Source: Paraspadella gotoi (Eukaryota; Animalia; Chaetognatha). Taken from it: a stretch of DNA of 64,000 nucleotides. Each line of letters starts with the position of its first letter. Within the stretch, counting starts at the first letter, position 1. This document shows positions 1-11,955 of this stretch, in pieces. The DNA is taken from the NCBI GenBank assembly GCA_051294375.1, contig CM119271.1:2308677-2372676 (forward strand), in the 5' to 3' direction. The translations under genes were made by a program, and so were the position numbers. A model generated the notes under the pieces. It was given only the letters and a program-made list of their open reading frames with translations, did no database searches and had not been told where the DNA came from.

Positions 1-38
1 AATTTGTAAGATTCCTTCAAATTTTCCAAGCCCCCAAC

Positions 39-537
39 CTCGTATTGAGATATTCCCTAAACTTTGGCGAGTTGGGCGCCGAGGCGCCGGAGACGAAAAG
101 ATGGTCGGGTTCCAGTTTATGGCGCCGTTTTAAATACAACGCCGTCTCGACCGCTATGATTGAACCGAGAGAGTGACCGAAGAACGCTACGCGGCACCCG
201 TCGAAGAAACCGCGCGAAACGATTCCTTGAAAGTTATGATGCGATCCGTTGAAAATTTATAAAGTGAGATTTGTTAATAGTATCCCCTACCATCTCCCTT
301 TTACTCACCCTCCGCCACCTCCTCCACCAACTCGGCCCTCTCCGCGTAGTAGTCTTCCCCGAACCGATTTTCTCGCCCGCGGAGTCGAACGGCGAGGACT
401 TCGAGGAATTCGGGCACGAGGCGGCCCCACCTCGCGTAGGCCGCCGTCCCGCCGCCGCTCCACGGGAAACAGATGAGGCGGCAAGTGGCGGCAGAGCCGC
501 GCCGCGCTAGGCAACTGAATAAGGCTTCGTTGGACAT
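39..537 (-). CDS. Type II thioesterase (OLAH/TEII-like alpha/beta hydrolase), 5' part; exons 309-537 and 39-225, continues off the window edge
   Basis: Exon 1 gives MSNEALF...[11 protein letters not shown]...[10 protein letters not shown], the typical TEII N-terminus. A GT-AG splice gives exon 2 [29 protein letters not shown]...[10 protein letters not shown], containing the GxSxG nucleophile motif. Confidence 0.85.
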
Positions 538-1073
538 TATGGATTTCGTCAGTTGCTGACGGCAAGTTTTATTTATATTTATATTTTTTTATTTTATTAA
601 ATACCAAACTCAAGTGTTTGTTTGTTTATATGTTTACTTGAAGTACCAACGTTTTTCTTCTTATCTTATCTTAAAAAAAGACGTCGATAATATCGGTGAC
701 GTCTTTTTTTTTTTACATTTCGCTTTAGAAAAAAAAATCGAAGCAAAAAACATTTTTAAGTTAATTCGTCTTCGAATTAAAAATAAATAAAGAATAAAGT
801 TGCAAAAAAATGTCGAGTATGTAACTGAGGAATACAACTAATAACTACAACGATGTGGAAAGACGAGAGAGCGGACAAAAAAATTAACAGCACTTTTTTT
901 TTAGGAGAATGTATTAACGCCGATGAGATCATTGGAAATGTAATTTAAAAACTAGGGGAGAAAAAGGGTGGTGTTAAAGAGGTTAAGATCGATAACGTTT
1001 TTAAGAAGTCCAGGAAAATAAATAAAGCAAGTCATTTCATGTCACATTTATTTTTACGTCTAACTTCCGTCGT

Positions 1074-4000
1074 TCAGCTTTTCCCTTTGCGACTCTTCGG
1101 CCTGACCGCTTGGTTCTCCTCGATAGCGCCCTCTTCGACGGGCGCCGGCGCCGTCGGAAGATCCTCGGGCGTCACCCCTTGGGCCGACAGTTCCATCAGT
1201 ACGTTGTCCAAGTAGTTGGAATCGGGGTAGCCGTGGCCGGTCCGGTTCGAGCCCCACTCGGTCTTGTGGTGGATCTCGTTCCAAGTGACGGTGTTGTCGA
1301 CGCCCGTGGTGGCGGACACGCCCACCGTGAAGGTCAAGCGACGCTCCCAGGAGAGGACGAGAAGTTTAAGGACGAGGCGCCCCTTGGCGTTGTTCGGGAG
1401 ATAACACTCGCGAGGGAAGCCGGTGGCTGTAAAAAGAGGGATTTAATTGTCGGTTCCTTGGTTTTTAGGCGATTAATATTAATATTAATATTAAAATAAT
1501 TGTTTCTTATCTTTTATTCTACGAATCGCGAGTGCGGGATGCAAACCTGCATAAGGCGTTCCTGGATTGGGATGCTCGGGACCCTGTATCCCCGGTTTAA
1601 TGTGGTAAACTATCGTGATTGTCCCATCGGAATCGTCGAAACTGAAAATAAGGGTGAATATCTAAAAATGATATTCTATGGTATAAGAACAACAACCCCT
1701 TCAGGCTCACCCGGGCACCGGATGCTTGGGATCAAGCCAGTAGTCCATGAATCCGAGCGGGCAATTGCCCCGCTTCTCTCCGTGGATGGTCTTGCAGGAT
1801 GGGCACTGGAGACTGGCGTCGAGGGTCCCGCTGCGGTACATTGCCACGAGGCATGCGCGGTGGAAGGCGTGACCGCATTTGGACAGACGGCTGACGGTCT
1901 CCCCGTCGAAGTCGTCCGAGAAGGACGAGAGAGACGCCAGGCGTTCCATGCAGATTGAGCATTCCGACTAAAGAGTGATAGGGCAAAAAAATTGAAGATA
2001 AATTAAAAGATTAATAAATTATCAGAACATGTAATTTCGGTTCTGGAGAGGTATGACAATCGATTATGATATCGTTAACTAGATAACAACGAAACATCCA
2101 CGAACCACTTGGAACCGCACCTCTCCAAAAGTCTCCTCGACAACGCTGGTGACGACGTCTTTGGTATACTTGGCCAGGACGTCTTCGACGGGAAACTGCA
2201 TCATCTTCGCTCGACGAAAGAGTTGCTTTTGCGCCTTGCGCGAGGGTTCGGGCACGCCGGGAACGGGCAACAGATCGAAAGGGTCTACCGGAGGCGGAGA
2301 AAAGATAGGAGCGGGCACAACAACCATGCGGAAGCTAAGGGGCACGAGGAGGGCATTGGTCATGTCCAGCACGGCCGAGGAGGTGTTGGTGAGCGAGTTG
2401 AAGGCCTTGGTGAAAGTGGCGAAGAAAGGGAGGTGTCGCGGGCGGGAGGAGGAAGTCTTCTTGCGGACGCCAGTAGGTCGATCGGGGGCGCGGAGCGGAG
2501 GAGGCGGAGATGAAGAGAGTGGGTGGGAGTTGGTTGCGGTGGGGGCGGCGGCGGCGAAGGAGGAGGAAGTCTCGTCGGTGGAGGATCGAAGGCAGACGGG
2601 GGCCGATTTGGAGAAAAGAACCGGCGAACGGGGCTGCGATTTTTCAGACTCTGGACGGACTACGGTACGAAAATTGAAATATGTAAGTTTAAAATTTTTT
2701 GTTTCATATCATTTAAGTCAGTTAGGAGGCGTGGGTTCGAATCCCACCGCTGCCACCACATTTAAGGAAAAACTCATGGATTTCTTGGTTTAAATCAGAA
2801 CGAGATTTATTCTGAGAATAATAAAGTGATGGTGAGACACACGCAAGAGTCCAGATCAATTATACTGAAACTAAAGAAAGCTAGGTCTATTTATATCTAG
2901 AGAAGAGGATCAGAGGCAAGAATTATTTTGACAATTCCATTGATTCTGCAAGCTGATTGGTCGATTCCATTTTCTCCCTGACCAATCACAATCCGATGAT
3001 TCAAATTCTGCGGATTTTATCCGAGCCTCCGATCCGATTTTGATTTCGCTTCTGCTTTATATTTGATTTCACTTTAGGTGAGGTTGAGTCTCCTGCGATG
3101 ATATGTTTATTAAAATCCATAACTCACCGGGATTGTACGAGACAGAGGAAGGCATCTTAAGCGCGCCGCCTTTGGAGAGGTCTTCCGCGGCGACGGTGGA
3201 AGATCGCCGAGGATGTTGCGAGGCGGCGGTTTGGCTCGAGTGGATCGTCGACGGCGTTGTCGTGGAACCAGTCTTTACGAGTATTCGTTTGAAAAAGGAA
3301 GATCGCGAAGGCTCGGCGCCTTCTGCGCCAAGAGGCGGCGTCACAGGCGCCGACGCGCGATTTGAAGAATCTTCATCGGTTCTTTCTTCTGGCGCAACAG
3401 CCTCAGCGGCTCCAGAGTCATCCGCTTCAAGGCAGTCAACGGCTTTACCGCATTCCGGTAAAGTTCCCACGACTTCATCCGTCGACGGAATTTTTTCTAG
3501 GTCGTCGTCGAGACGCTGGTTTATATCGGCATCAGTGCAGCAGCCGTCTACGCAGGGAAATCGGAGGTCGGTGGTGCGGAGAATTCGACGCTCGAATCCC
3601 GTCGAGTTTCGGCGCTGGACCAACTGATTACAAAAGTTGATTAAAAAGGGGATGAAATTAATCCATAGTTTTTCTACTATTCCCTTAATAGCATTATTCT
3701 TAACCGTCCAAACAAAAAACCTTGGCAACGTCGACCGAGTAAGGGCAGTCGGCGAAGATGTCCTGCAAATCCACTATTGCCTGGCCCCCTTCCGCCGCGC
3801 GTCGCCTGATTCCCTCGATGGCGTCGGAAATGTCCGCCGAGTAATTGTGCCAGGCGAAACCGGGGGCGTCGCCTTGCCATCGCCAGAGGACGCCGTCCGC
3901 GACTCCGGGTCCAACCGGAAGTGGGCGACGTCGCACTGGGCGACGTTTGCCGGTGGAGACGTTACGCTGAAACGCCGATGAGTCCGAACTGGGAGGGGGA

Positions 4001-4802
4001 AGACATGAGAATTTTAGTAATAAAACTCAATGAAGTATTTTTGTAAGCGATTGATTCTTAGAATATTACTAAATGAAATCTAATTCATCAATCTCATTTG
4101 CATATAGTAGTAGATTATTTCAAGTCTCATTTCTTTATGTTCCGTTTCAATAAAATGCCCATTTTTATATTTCACGATAATTATAATTATATTTATATTT
4201 ATATAAATGGTTCAGAAGCCTAAATGATTCATAGAGAAATTTTTAATATCTGGTTAGAATAATTACGACTTTGACGACAGAGTTAATCTCCAAACTGGCT
4301 AAAATTTTCATAACTCCCATATCTCTATATTTAATAGTTTTATTGATAATGGGAACTAAATGAGTTACGGTTTGTTGATACTGTTTTTGGTATTAATTAA
4401 AAAAAATGAGTAAAGCATAAAGGCAGAGCGAACACTACCAAAAAATTAATAAAAATCTATAGGTTGTCTTATGACTTGAGCCCCGCTCCGATAGTAGTGC
4501 ATCTTATTTATAACTGAAAACATCGAACTATGTGTCGCGGGATCACTTTCACCTCATGAAAAATCGATATAATCTTCATCCACTTACCAAATCTGCACCT
4601 CGTAATCGGCCAGGGAGACTCCGAACTTTTGAAGGGAAACTTTCCTTCCCCCGCTGCACCCCTCCCCGCCGCCTTCGCCCGCCCCTGCCGCCACTTCCGC
4701 GTACTCTGACTCGAGGAGACGAGCCACTTCTGGATCGTAAGGGATCCAGAGATCGAGATCGTTCTCCCACTCCCAGAGGGCGACGACGCCTTGGGAGCTC
4801 AT
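1074..4802 (-). CDS. dtx: Deltex-family E3 ubiquitin ligase (tandem WWE, RING, DTC domain), multi-exon
   Basis: WWE domains ([19 protein letters not shown]; VLWRWQGD...WHNYSAD), a RING finger (CSICMERL...[11 protein letters not shown]...[17 protein letters not shown]) and a DTC C-terminus ([10 protein letters not shown]...[35 protein letters not shown]). Confidence 0.93.
2725..2990 (-). mobile_element. LTR-retrotransposon remnant (LTR-like segment plus tRNA-Leu primer-binding site) in a Deltex intron
   Basis: On the minus strand the order is CCAAT boxes (2954-2988), TATAAATA (2888-2895), AATAAA (2806-2811), then TGGTGGCAGCGGTGGGATTCGAACCCACGCCTCC (2725-2758), which is complementary to the 3' end of tRNA-Leu including CCA. 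Confidence 0.6.
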
Positions 4803-4925
4803 GACTCGATCGAGTGGGCGTGGCGATTATCGAAAGACGTCTCCATCAGGGTTCTTTAGGAGTCTAACCTCTTACGCGAGAGTCAAAGGTCAACGTCGTT
4901 AAACATCAGTCCCGAGTATTTTTGT

Positions 4926-4957
4926 GATCGATAATCTCGTCGGTATCGATAATCTCT
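4926..4957. promoter_or_regulatory. Duplicated ATCGATAATCTC motif including a DRE-type palindrome TATCGATA, about 140 bp upstream of the Deltex ATG
   Basis: The sequence gatcgataatctcgtcggtatcgataatctc is visible directly; TATCGATA is the known DREF/BEAF-type housekeeping promoter element. Confidence 0.35.
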
Positions 4958-5574
4958 TCGCCTCATGTTTTTGGTTAATTTTGTTTAAATTTAAAAAAAA
5001 AGGTAATAAGAATAACGATAATATTATCAAACGGTGAATTTATGATTGGGGTGGCAACGTGAAAACGCCATCAGCACAAACAGCCTTTTTCTTTTTTTTC
5101 CAAAGGACTCAACTGGTTTGTTTACCCTGTAAAATTGAAACGGCTCCTCAAGCAAATAAATGGCCTTATGTTTCTTAACGAACAGTATTAACGTAACAAT
5201 CATCGTAAAACTATGGTTGCCGATTTTACTTTGTCTTAGACGGAGCCAGTTTATGTTTCGTAAAACTGTATTAAAATATTAGTTAAATTTTATTAGTTTC
5301 GTTATAATTTTAATTCTAGAGGTCTCTTACTTTAATTCTTCAAAGCAAAGGGGATGCCTCGATAAACTATTTTGACAAGTGAACAATCGAGTTTAATATT
5401 AGGTGCTTTGTATTTACCATCTTAATTAAACAATGAAAATGGTGCAACGAATTTATATAAAATATATACTATATTAATATATTCAGTCGATAAATATATA
5501 TATATATAATATTATATATACTTTTGGAAAGACTAGGGTGTGTTTAGGTCTCCATACCTTACATGCAGATTACA

Positions 5575-5670
5575 TAGAGGGATGGAGGCTTGAACCGACC
5601 AAGGCTTGTCCTCAGGCAGGAGGCAAGATCGCTCGTTAATTGTAATTTTATATTGTTTGTACCAATTTCA
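5575..5670 (-). mobile_element. Diverged partial copy of the TIR-bearing interspersed repeat
   Basis: The reverse complement reads tgaaattggtacaaacaatataaaatt...gatcttgcc...ggacaagccttggtcggttcaagcctccatccctct, matching the element start at 28321 and 60162. Confidence 0.6.
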
Positions 5671-6576
5671 AAGCAATATCCTGTAAGTTTTCGCTAGATA
5701 CTTTCATTCGAGAAAATTTGACTTCTTCATCAATGAAGTTGTGTTTTGTGTTGAGTTTTCAATTGTTTTTTATAAAATTTAACTTAATTTATCAAAATTT
5801 AGAACTGTAATCCGATCATTACAAAAGTATATCGTTTAAAATTATGTACAATGGCAAAGCCAAAGATTTATCCCATATCTTGCTAACTAACATGCATAGC
5901 TAATTTGCTAACCTTACTTTTTTTAAAAATAACTAATCTTCCTAACTTAATTCTTCGTCGATTTAAGTCAATTTTTTTTCGAAATAATAATGTAAGTTTA
6001 ATAGAAATGAATAATTCTCATAAACACAATGAGTATTGAGTAAACAGTAAATACTGGTTATTTAATCTCTAATATGCAATATCAACATTCGGTATAATAG
6101 TAAATACGTCATAACAGTGAAGAACATTTTTTCTATTAAAAAAAATGCTTTTAAGGATATAAAAAAAAGAAAAACTACCAACGAAAGAGAACTGTCGACT
6201 GAGAAAAAATGTCAGCTAGTAAAGTGCAATAAAAATGAGTAGATTAATAATAAGGCTCGCGCGAAAAAAATAAACATATTGCTTTTTTTCCTTTTCGGGA
6301 AGATGAGATCAGTTAAGTTAGGCCCTGTGCTATTATTACTCTTACGACTAATACTAGTACTACTTGAGTACGATTTACTAGAACGATAGGCAGGTTTTAC
6401 TCGTCGGAAGTAAAACAGATTTAAGATAAGGAATAAAAATATTTCCTTTTTCCTTCTAACGACGCCAAACCCGCCACGCGCAGCGTAGTACATATCAACG
6501 AACCTCTACCCTAATATAAATATATAACGAGTAATAAATATCTAACGCGTGCCGGAATTTTCCCCATTCCCCGCGG

Positions 6577-8582
6577 TCAACACAACAAAAAATCCCTGAC
6601 CACGACATAGCCCCTCTCGAGGCCCTTCTCCATCCAGCCCGTTCGAGTCACGAGAAGCTTGTACTTTTTGTAAGGCTTTGTGTCGGGTACGCCTCCGGCT
6701 CCGGTCGCCCAGACGAGGTCGTGCTTCCGCCTGGAAATGTCGGTGTTGAAGGCTTCGCCGTCGTCAGTCTCGAAGAGGGTGTCCCATTCGAGGTAGTCGT
6801 TGGTGGCCTCGAGTCGGTAGGCGGTCGGTCCGTCGCCGAACCGCTCGCTCTCGTCGGGGCCAAGGAAGGAAAAGCGGGAGATGGTCTTAGGCTGCGGATA
6901 CTCGAACGAGACCCACTGGGGCTGGAAGGAGTCGAGGCGTTGGAGGGCGCTGGCCCACATGTAAGTCGTGCCTGAAGGGGGAATGTGGGTACCTTTCAGA
7001 AGTTGGTAAAAAGCTGTGCAAAAGCTAGTAACTTAATTGGATCATACCAAAGAACAAAAAAAATCGTTTCTCAAAAAGAAAACCCGAAAGAATCAGCCAC
7101 AACTAAAAAGCTACAATTTTAAACCAAATCCTCGTTTCCCCACCGTCACTTTACCATTAAACGCCCGTTTCCCCGCCCACTCATCGCTCCACATGGAACT
7201 TTCTTCGATTCGATACTCTTCGATCTCTCGGAGTTTGTGAGTCTTTAACTGAAGAGAATACAAAAGATCCATCCATAATACCATATCTAACTTAAAATAA
7301 GTTAAGACTGATTCCTTAAATCTTCATTCGTCACACAAAATCTCACCTGCTGGTAACACAATTGCAGGTCGCCTAAAACGACCTCGCCGACTTCTCGACC
7401 GTATTGTTTCCACAGCGTGGCGGTAAAGACCAAGCGATACTTGAGGAAATGACCGCGTCGGCGAAACGGGATGGAGTGGGTGGCTCTTTGTCCAGGATAC
7501 AGAGATATCACTGGGATACAAAATGAATGAGTGTAATAAATTTTACATTGTTAATATTTTGACAAATCAAAGTTTTATTGAGTCGCAGCGACTCAGTTTT
7601 AGTAAATCGAGATATATTTACCTTGAAATCTGTGGATGAAGCTCCACTTGTTCTCCTCAACTCCGTCGCGCCCGTAGCCCCACAATTGATAAGCCGTGGG
7701 CGAGGTGGTGGCGTTGATGGTCGGCCGGCTGAAGAAGAACTTGTGCACCATGACGGCGCGAGGACGGAAGTCGTACTGGACCCAGACGTCGCCCACGTCC
7801 AGCTCCTTGATGGACACCTGACGAAAATCGATTGCAAGGGATGTTTGTTTAAACAATGCATTAGAATAACAAGGAACGGTTATTCCAAGGTGTTGCGCCG
7901 CATTATTTTTCTTTTTACTTATCATGTCATTTATTCCTTATAAATTATAAGATTTTTTTAAAAACAAAAGGCGGCGCCAGTAGTCGCTTAGATTTGCTTT
8001 TTAACAAATAAACAACTATAGGCAAGTTATAATCGTTTTATAAATGGGACATACCGACCGACCAAAAAGTGACTTATAGAGTTGCTCCGCGAGTACTCGC
8101 GACGCAACTAAAAATATGTAAACTTTATTCATGTAATGCATCTAAAATTTTTACTCACGGGGCTGCTCCTTTCCATGGAGTTTTCTCGAAATATCTTTTT
8201 CGGTTTGTTATGGCCGCTGAGTGCTCGGCATCCTTTCGCCCTTCCCCCTTCAACGCTGCACATGAAGTTTCTGGAATGATGGGATAAAAAATATGTACGT
8301 ATTAAGTATAGTCTGCATTATACCACGTGGTTCAAAAATTCGCTCTCACCTTCTTTCGTCGATATCCATCTCGGGACATGTGGCGTCGGCGATAATACGC
8401 TTGATGGCGCTCTGAGAGCATGGTCTAAGATCGGGGGCGTTCTCAGAACTGGCGCTCTCGGCATTTTCGGCGTCTAGATCGTCGCAGATCAAAGTACCGT
8501 TGAGTTGATCCTCGGCCCGGACATCGCCGATCATAGAAGCAACGACGAAAAGCGCCAATAGACGTAAGGCGACGGCCGCCAT
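6577..8582 (-). CDS. Secreted protein with two F5/8 type C (discoidin/galactose-binding)-like domains, multi-exon
   Basis: Signal peptide MAAVALRLLALFVVASMIGDVRA. Two repeats of W-v-x-y/f-d/e...f-s-f...SPT/GPT-AY-x-L...W...KY-R/K-L: VWVQYDFRPRAVMVHKFFF..SPTAYQLWG and PQWVSFEYPQPKTISRFSF..GPTAYRLEATND..WDTL..YKKYKLLV. Confidence 0.7.
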
Positions 8583-9014
8583 GGGGTGGGCAGAGTTCCG
8601 GCGGCGGAGAGCGAAAGTCCCGCATGAATCATCTCGCGAGAGATGGGCGAGCGCGGCCGGTTTCCATGGGAGACGAAATAAATAAAGGAGTGGGAAAGGA
8701 CGGCTTCGATAAAGGAAGGAAAACAAATATACCGAGAATAAAATTAAAAATGACTAAAAATGAGCTAAAGTTAATTATTTGGGAAACGGGTCGGGGCGCA
8801 ACACTTCGTCGCCGAATAAAAGAAAGTAAAAGAAAAAATAAGATTCAAGACTAGACAAACACTGGAAACTAGTTCAAACGCTGGAGCCTGGGGTAGAGAG
8901 AAAGATAGAAAAAAGAGAAGGAATGAGAGAGAGAAAGAAACAGAGCGAGAGGGTCAGTCGCGATGTCAAGTTAAGGAGCTTCTTAAACCTCGAACATAAT
9001 TCCGACATTCTCCT

Positions 9015-10425
9015 TCACCCAAAAGCCTTCTTCAGTCTCCGCCTCAATATCGATCTAAAACTGTCGTTGCACGACTTCTTCATGAACCGAAAGGGCAGAA
9101 CGTTCTTGCCATTGTTGACGCTGATTCGCCAGTCGGTCGGCAGCCGCGAGAGATAATCGCCGAAGTGGGCGTCGACGAAGCGATCGAAAGAGGCGTTGAA
9201 GAAGCGATTGGCGGCGCCGGGATCGGGACAGCGCCGGAGATCGACGCTTTCGGCGAGGTGTTTGCCGAAGTCGTAGAGGAGAGAGACGAGGATCTTTTGC
9301 TCGAGGGTGGCGTAGGTGAAGGCCACGCGAGGCTCGGATCCCAAAAGGGTGCTCAGCTTTTCTCGAAAGAGGTGGTTGACGTCGGCGAGGACGTCGGCGA
9401 CGGGAGGGATGCCGGAGGAGGAGGAGGAAGCCGCGTCGAGGGAGACCATGGCCGAGGAAGAGGTGGAGGGGTGAAAGCCGAAGAGGAAGTTGCCGTCGGG
9501 TTCGCAGCGGGACTCGTCGTCGCCGAGTCCGTCGTCCTCGATAAAGATGCCGCCGGGGTTGTCGTCTACCTCTACGGGGTGGTGGGAGGGGTCGTCGACT
9601 GGTGGGTAAAGAGGGGGAGACGAAAAAGTGGCTGTGAATAAGAGATGTAAAGAATGATCTAAGGACAATTGGTTGTCTTTTTAATATTTATCTATCTTTC
9701 AGTCAATCAATTATTAACACCTATTAAAAGTATTGCTAAAATCGTAAAATAAGACTACTATGAAAACCGTGTCAAAAGATATGAGGAAGGACCTAAAATG
9801 CTACAATATGTAAATGAGATTGAAGAACTCAATTTGAAATGAACTACAAATTATTCTGCTACATTTCGCTTTCGCTCTCGCACACACACAATTTCGAATA
9901 ACTAACCGACGTCAATCTCACGTTTCAGAGAAACGGACGAGGACTCGCTGGGTCGTTTTCGTTTCCCGCCGTCGACCGAGGATTTGGCATCGCACTTGCG
10001 CTTTCGCTTACGGTCGACGAAGGAAGAACAAAAGGCGTTCTCGGGAGAGGGCAGGGCATCGTGGACGATCAAGTTCATGCTCATGTCGGGAACTGGAGAA
10101 CGTAAGAAGTTAATAAAGTCAATCTCTCTATCTCTCTCGGGCTCTCTAACCAACCTTGATGTTTTTCCGTCACCGATGACGCCGTCACGTCCACCTCCAG
10201 CTCCACATCCGTCCCCAGCGGGTGAAACTCTCCGCCAGCATAGGCGTCGCAAAGATGGCGACTTCCGCAAAACTTGCGTCCCTCCTGGGTCTCTACGAGA
10301 ACGAAGATGTTGGATTCGGTGAGCGAGCTCAACTTGACGGCCGCTTCCATGAGCACGGCCACGAAAGTTTTTTCCATCGCGTGGAGTTGATTGAGAAGGG
10401 TCAGGAGACTCTCCTGGGACGACAT
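9015..10425 (-). CDS. MADS-like family member F; exons 10155-10425, 9907-10092, 9015-9631
   Basis: N-terminus MSSQESLLTLLNQLHAMEKTFVAVLMEAAVKLSSLTESNIFVLVETQEGRKFCGSRHLCDAY. GT-AG junctions keep frame. C-domain ...QKILVSLLYDFGKHLA...FDRFVD...FMKKSCNDSFRSILRRR. Confidence 0.85.
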
Positions 10426-10598
10426 GGTCCAAGGGAAGAGACGGTCTTTCTAGATGATCATTAAATAACTGAGTAATATTTTTAAAAATGTACGTAGATT
10501 ATGCAAATATGCATACAAATAAATTAATCGATTGAAAAAAATAATAATTAAAAGCGAAAAATAGAGATTCGGAATTCAAAACCCGGAAAAGCGCGACG

Positions 10599-11648
10599 TC
10601 ACTCGAGCCCGATCTCCAGCGTTCCCACCATACCGCCTTTCGTCTCTTTCTTGACCCGCCGTCTGAGTATCACCCGAAAGTAATCGTTGCAAGTTTTCTT
10701 GATGAAGAGCGAGGGTTTCCCCGTTCTCTTGTTGCCGAACTTAACCTTCGTGTTTCTCGGCACTTTGGCCAAAAATCCGGCAAAGTAAGTCTCGGCGAAC
10801 CTGTCGAAGCAGCGATGGTAGAAGGCGTTGATGTAGGGGGCGGTGACGCCGAACTCCAGCGTCACGTGATGGGCCAGGTGCTTGGCGTAGTCGTAGAGCA
10901 CAGAGAGGAGTAGCTTTTGCTCCCCGGAGGCGTGGGTGAACGCGAGCACGGGATCCTGCTCCAGCACGGCGCGAAGTTTCTCCTGAAAGACAGGGCCGAT
11001 CTCCGCGGGAAGTTTAGAGGCGAGCGCGACCTCGTGGGAGAGTTGGCCGAGGAGCTCTTCCTCGACGAGGGACTCGCGGTGGTCGAGACGGGTCCCCATT
11101 ACTTCACCGGCCGCGGTAGAAGGGTCCGTACCGACTGCCACTGCGGTGAAGGCGTCGAATCCCCCATAGACGGCGGCGAGGTCTTCGACGTCGTCGGGGA
11201 CCGACCCGAAGTCCGTGTCGTCAAAGCCTCGAATCTCGACGACGGGTTCCATCTTAACCGAAGACGCCGAGGATTTCTTGGCAACCACGTCGCCTTCACC
11301 GTCGTATCCGAGTTTTCGTTTCCGTCGAGACCGAGAGGAGGCGGTGGAGGAAGCGACGACAGATTCGTATCCCATCTCACAATCACGAGGCAACTCTTCC
11401 TCCTCCTCCTCTCCGTCAAAGATCTTTTCCCGGACGACGACGCCGGGATCAACTTCGAGCTGGACGTCGTCGCCACGAGGGCGGAGGACGCCGCTCAAGT
11501 AGGCGTCGCACAACTCGGCGCTTCCGACGAACCGACGCCCGGCCGAAGTGTCGATCAGGAGAAAGAGGCCGGCGTCGGTGAGGGAGAGGAGTTTGACGAC
11601 CGTTTCCACGGCGATGGAGAGGATGGAAGACTCGAACGAAGGTTCCAT
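10599..11648 (-). CDS. MADS-like family member E; intronless, 349 aa
   Basis: Single ORF. N-terminus ETVVKLLSLTDAGLFLLIDTSAGRRFVGSAELCDAY. The C-domain closely resembles member F (EQKLLLSVLYDYAKHLA...FDRFAE...FIKKTCNDYFRVILRRR). Confidence 0.85.
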   Translation of the reverse strand: MEPSFESSILSIAVETVVKLLSLTDAGLFLLIDTSAGRRFVGSAELCDAYLSGVLRPRGDDVQLEVDPGVVVREKIFDGEEEEEELPRDCEMGYESVVASSTASSRSRRKRKLGYDGEGDVVAKKSSASSVKMEPVVEIRGFDDTDFGSVPDDVEDLAAVYGGFDAFTAVAVGTDPSTAAGEVMGTRLDHRESLVEEELLGQLSHEVALASKLPAEIGPVFQEKLRAVLEQDPVLAFTHASGEQKLLLSVLYDYAKHLAHHVTLEFGVTAPYINAFYHRCFDRFAETYFAGFLAKVPRNTKVKFGNKRTGKPSLFIKKTCNDYFRVILRRRVKKETKGGMVGTLEIGLE

Positions 11649-11955
11649 GACTGAAAAAGGTGGAAAGAGAAGAGAAGAGAAGAGAAGAGAAGAGAAGGGA
11701 AGACAAGAGAATCAAGCAAAAAGTTTGGAATTTTAAATAAATTGAAATTATTTCAAAATCACAAAATTAAGTAATCCATATTCAAAAGTTTTCAATAGAA
11801 TAATATTCATCATTTCACAGTATATCTTTTAGCAAGTTTTAAACCAAGTCAATGAGCTCAATTCCGCATAAATACCCTATAAATTCATGCCGAAATATTA
11901 GGAATACAAAAAACATGCGAGACGCCTAAAAAAATCTGGAGAGAGAAACTCAGGG

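Noticed and set aside
2725-2758. tRNA-Leu gene
   Set aside because: Only the 3' 31 nt plus CCA are present. There is no D arm, anticodon arm or 5' acceptor strand, so it is treated as a PBS or retro-fragment.
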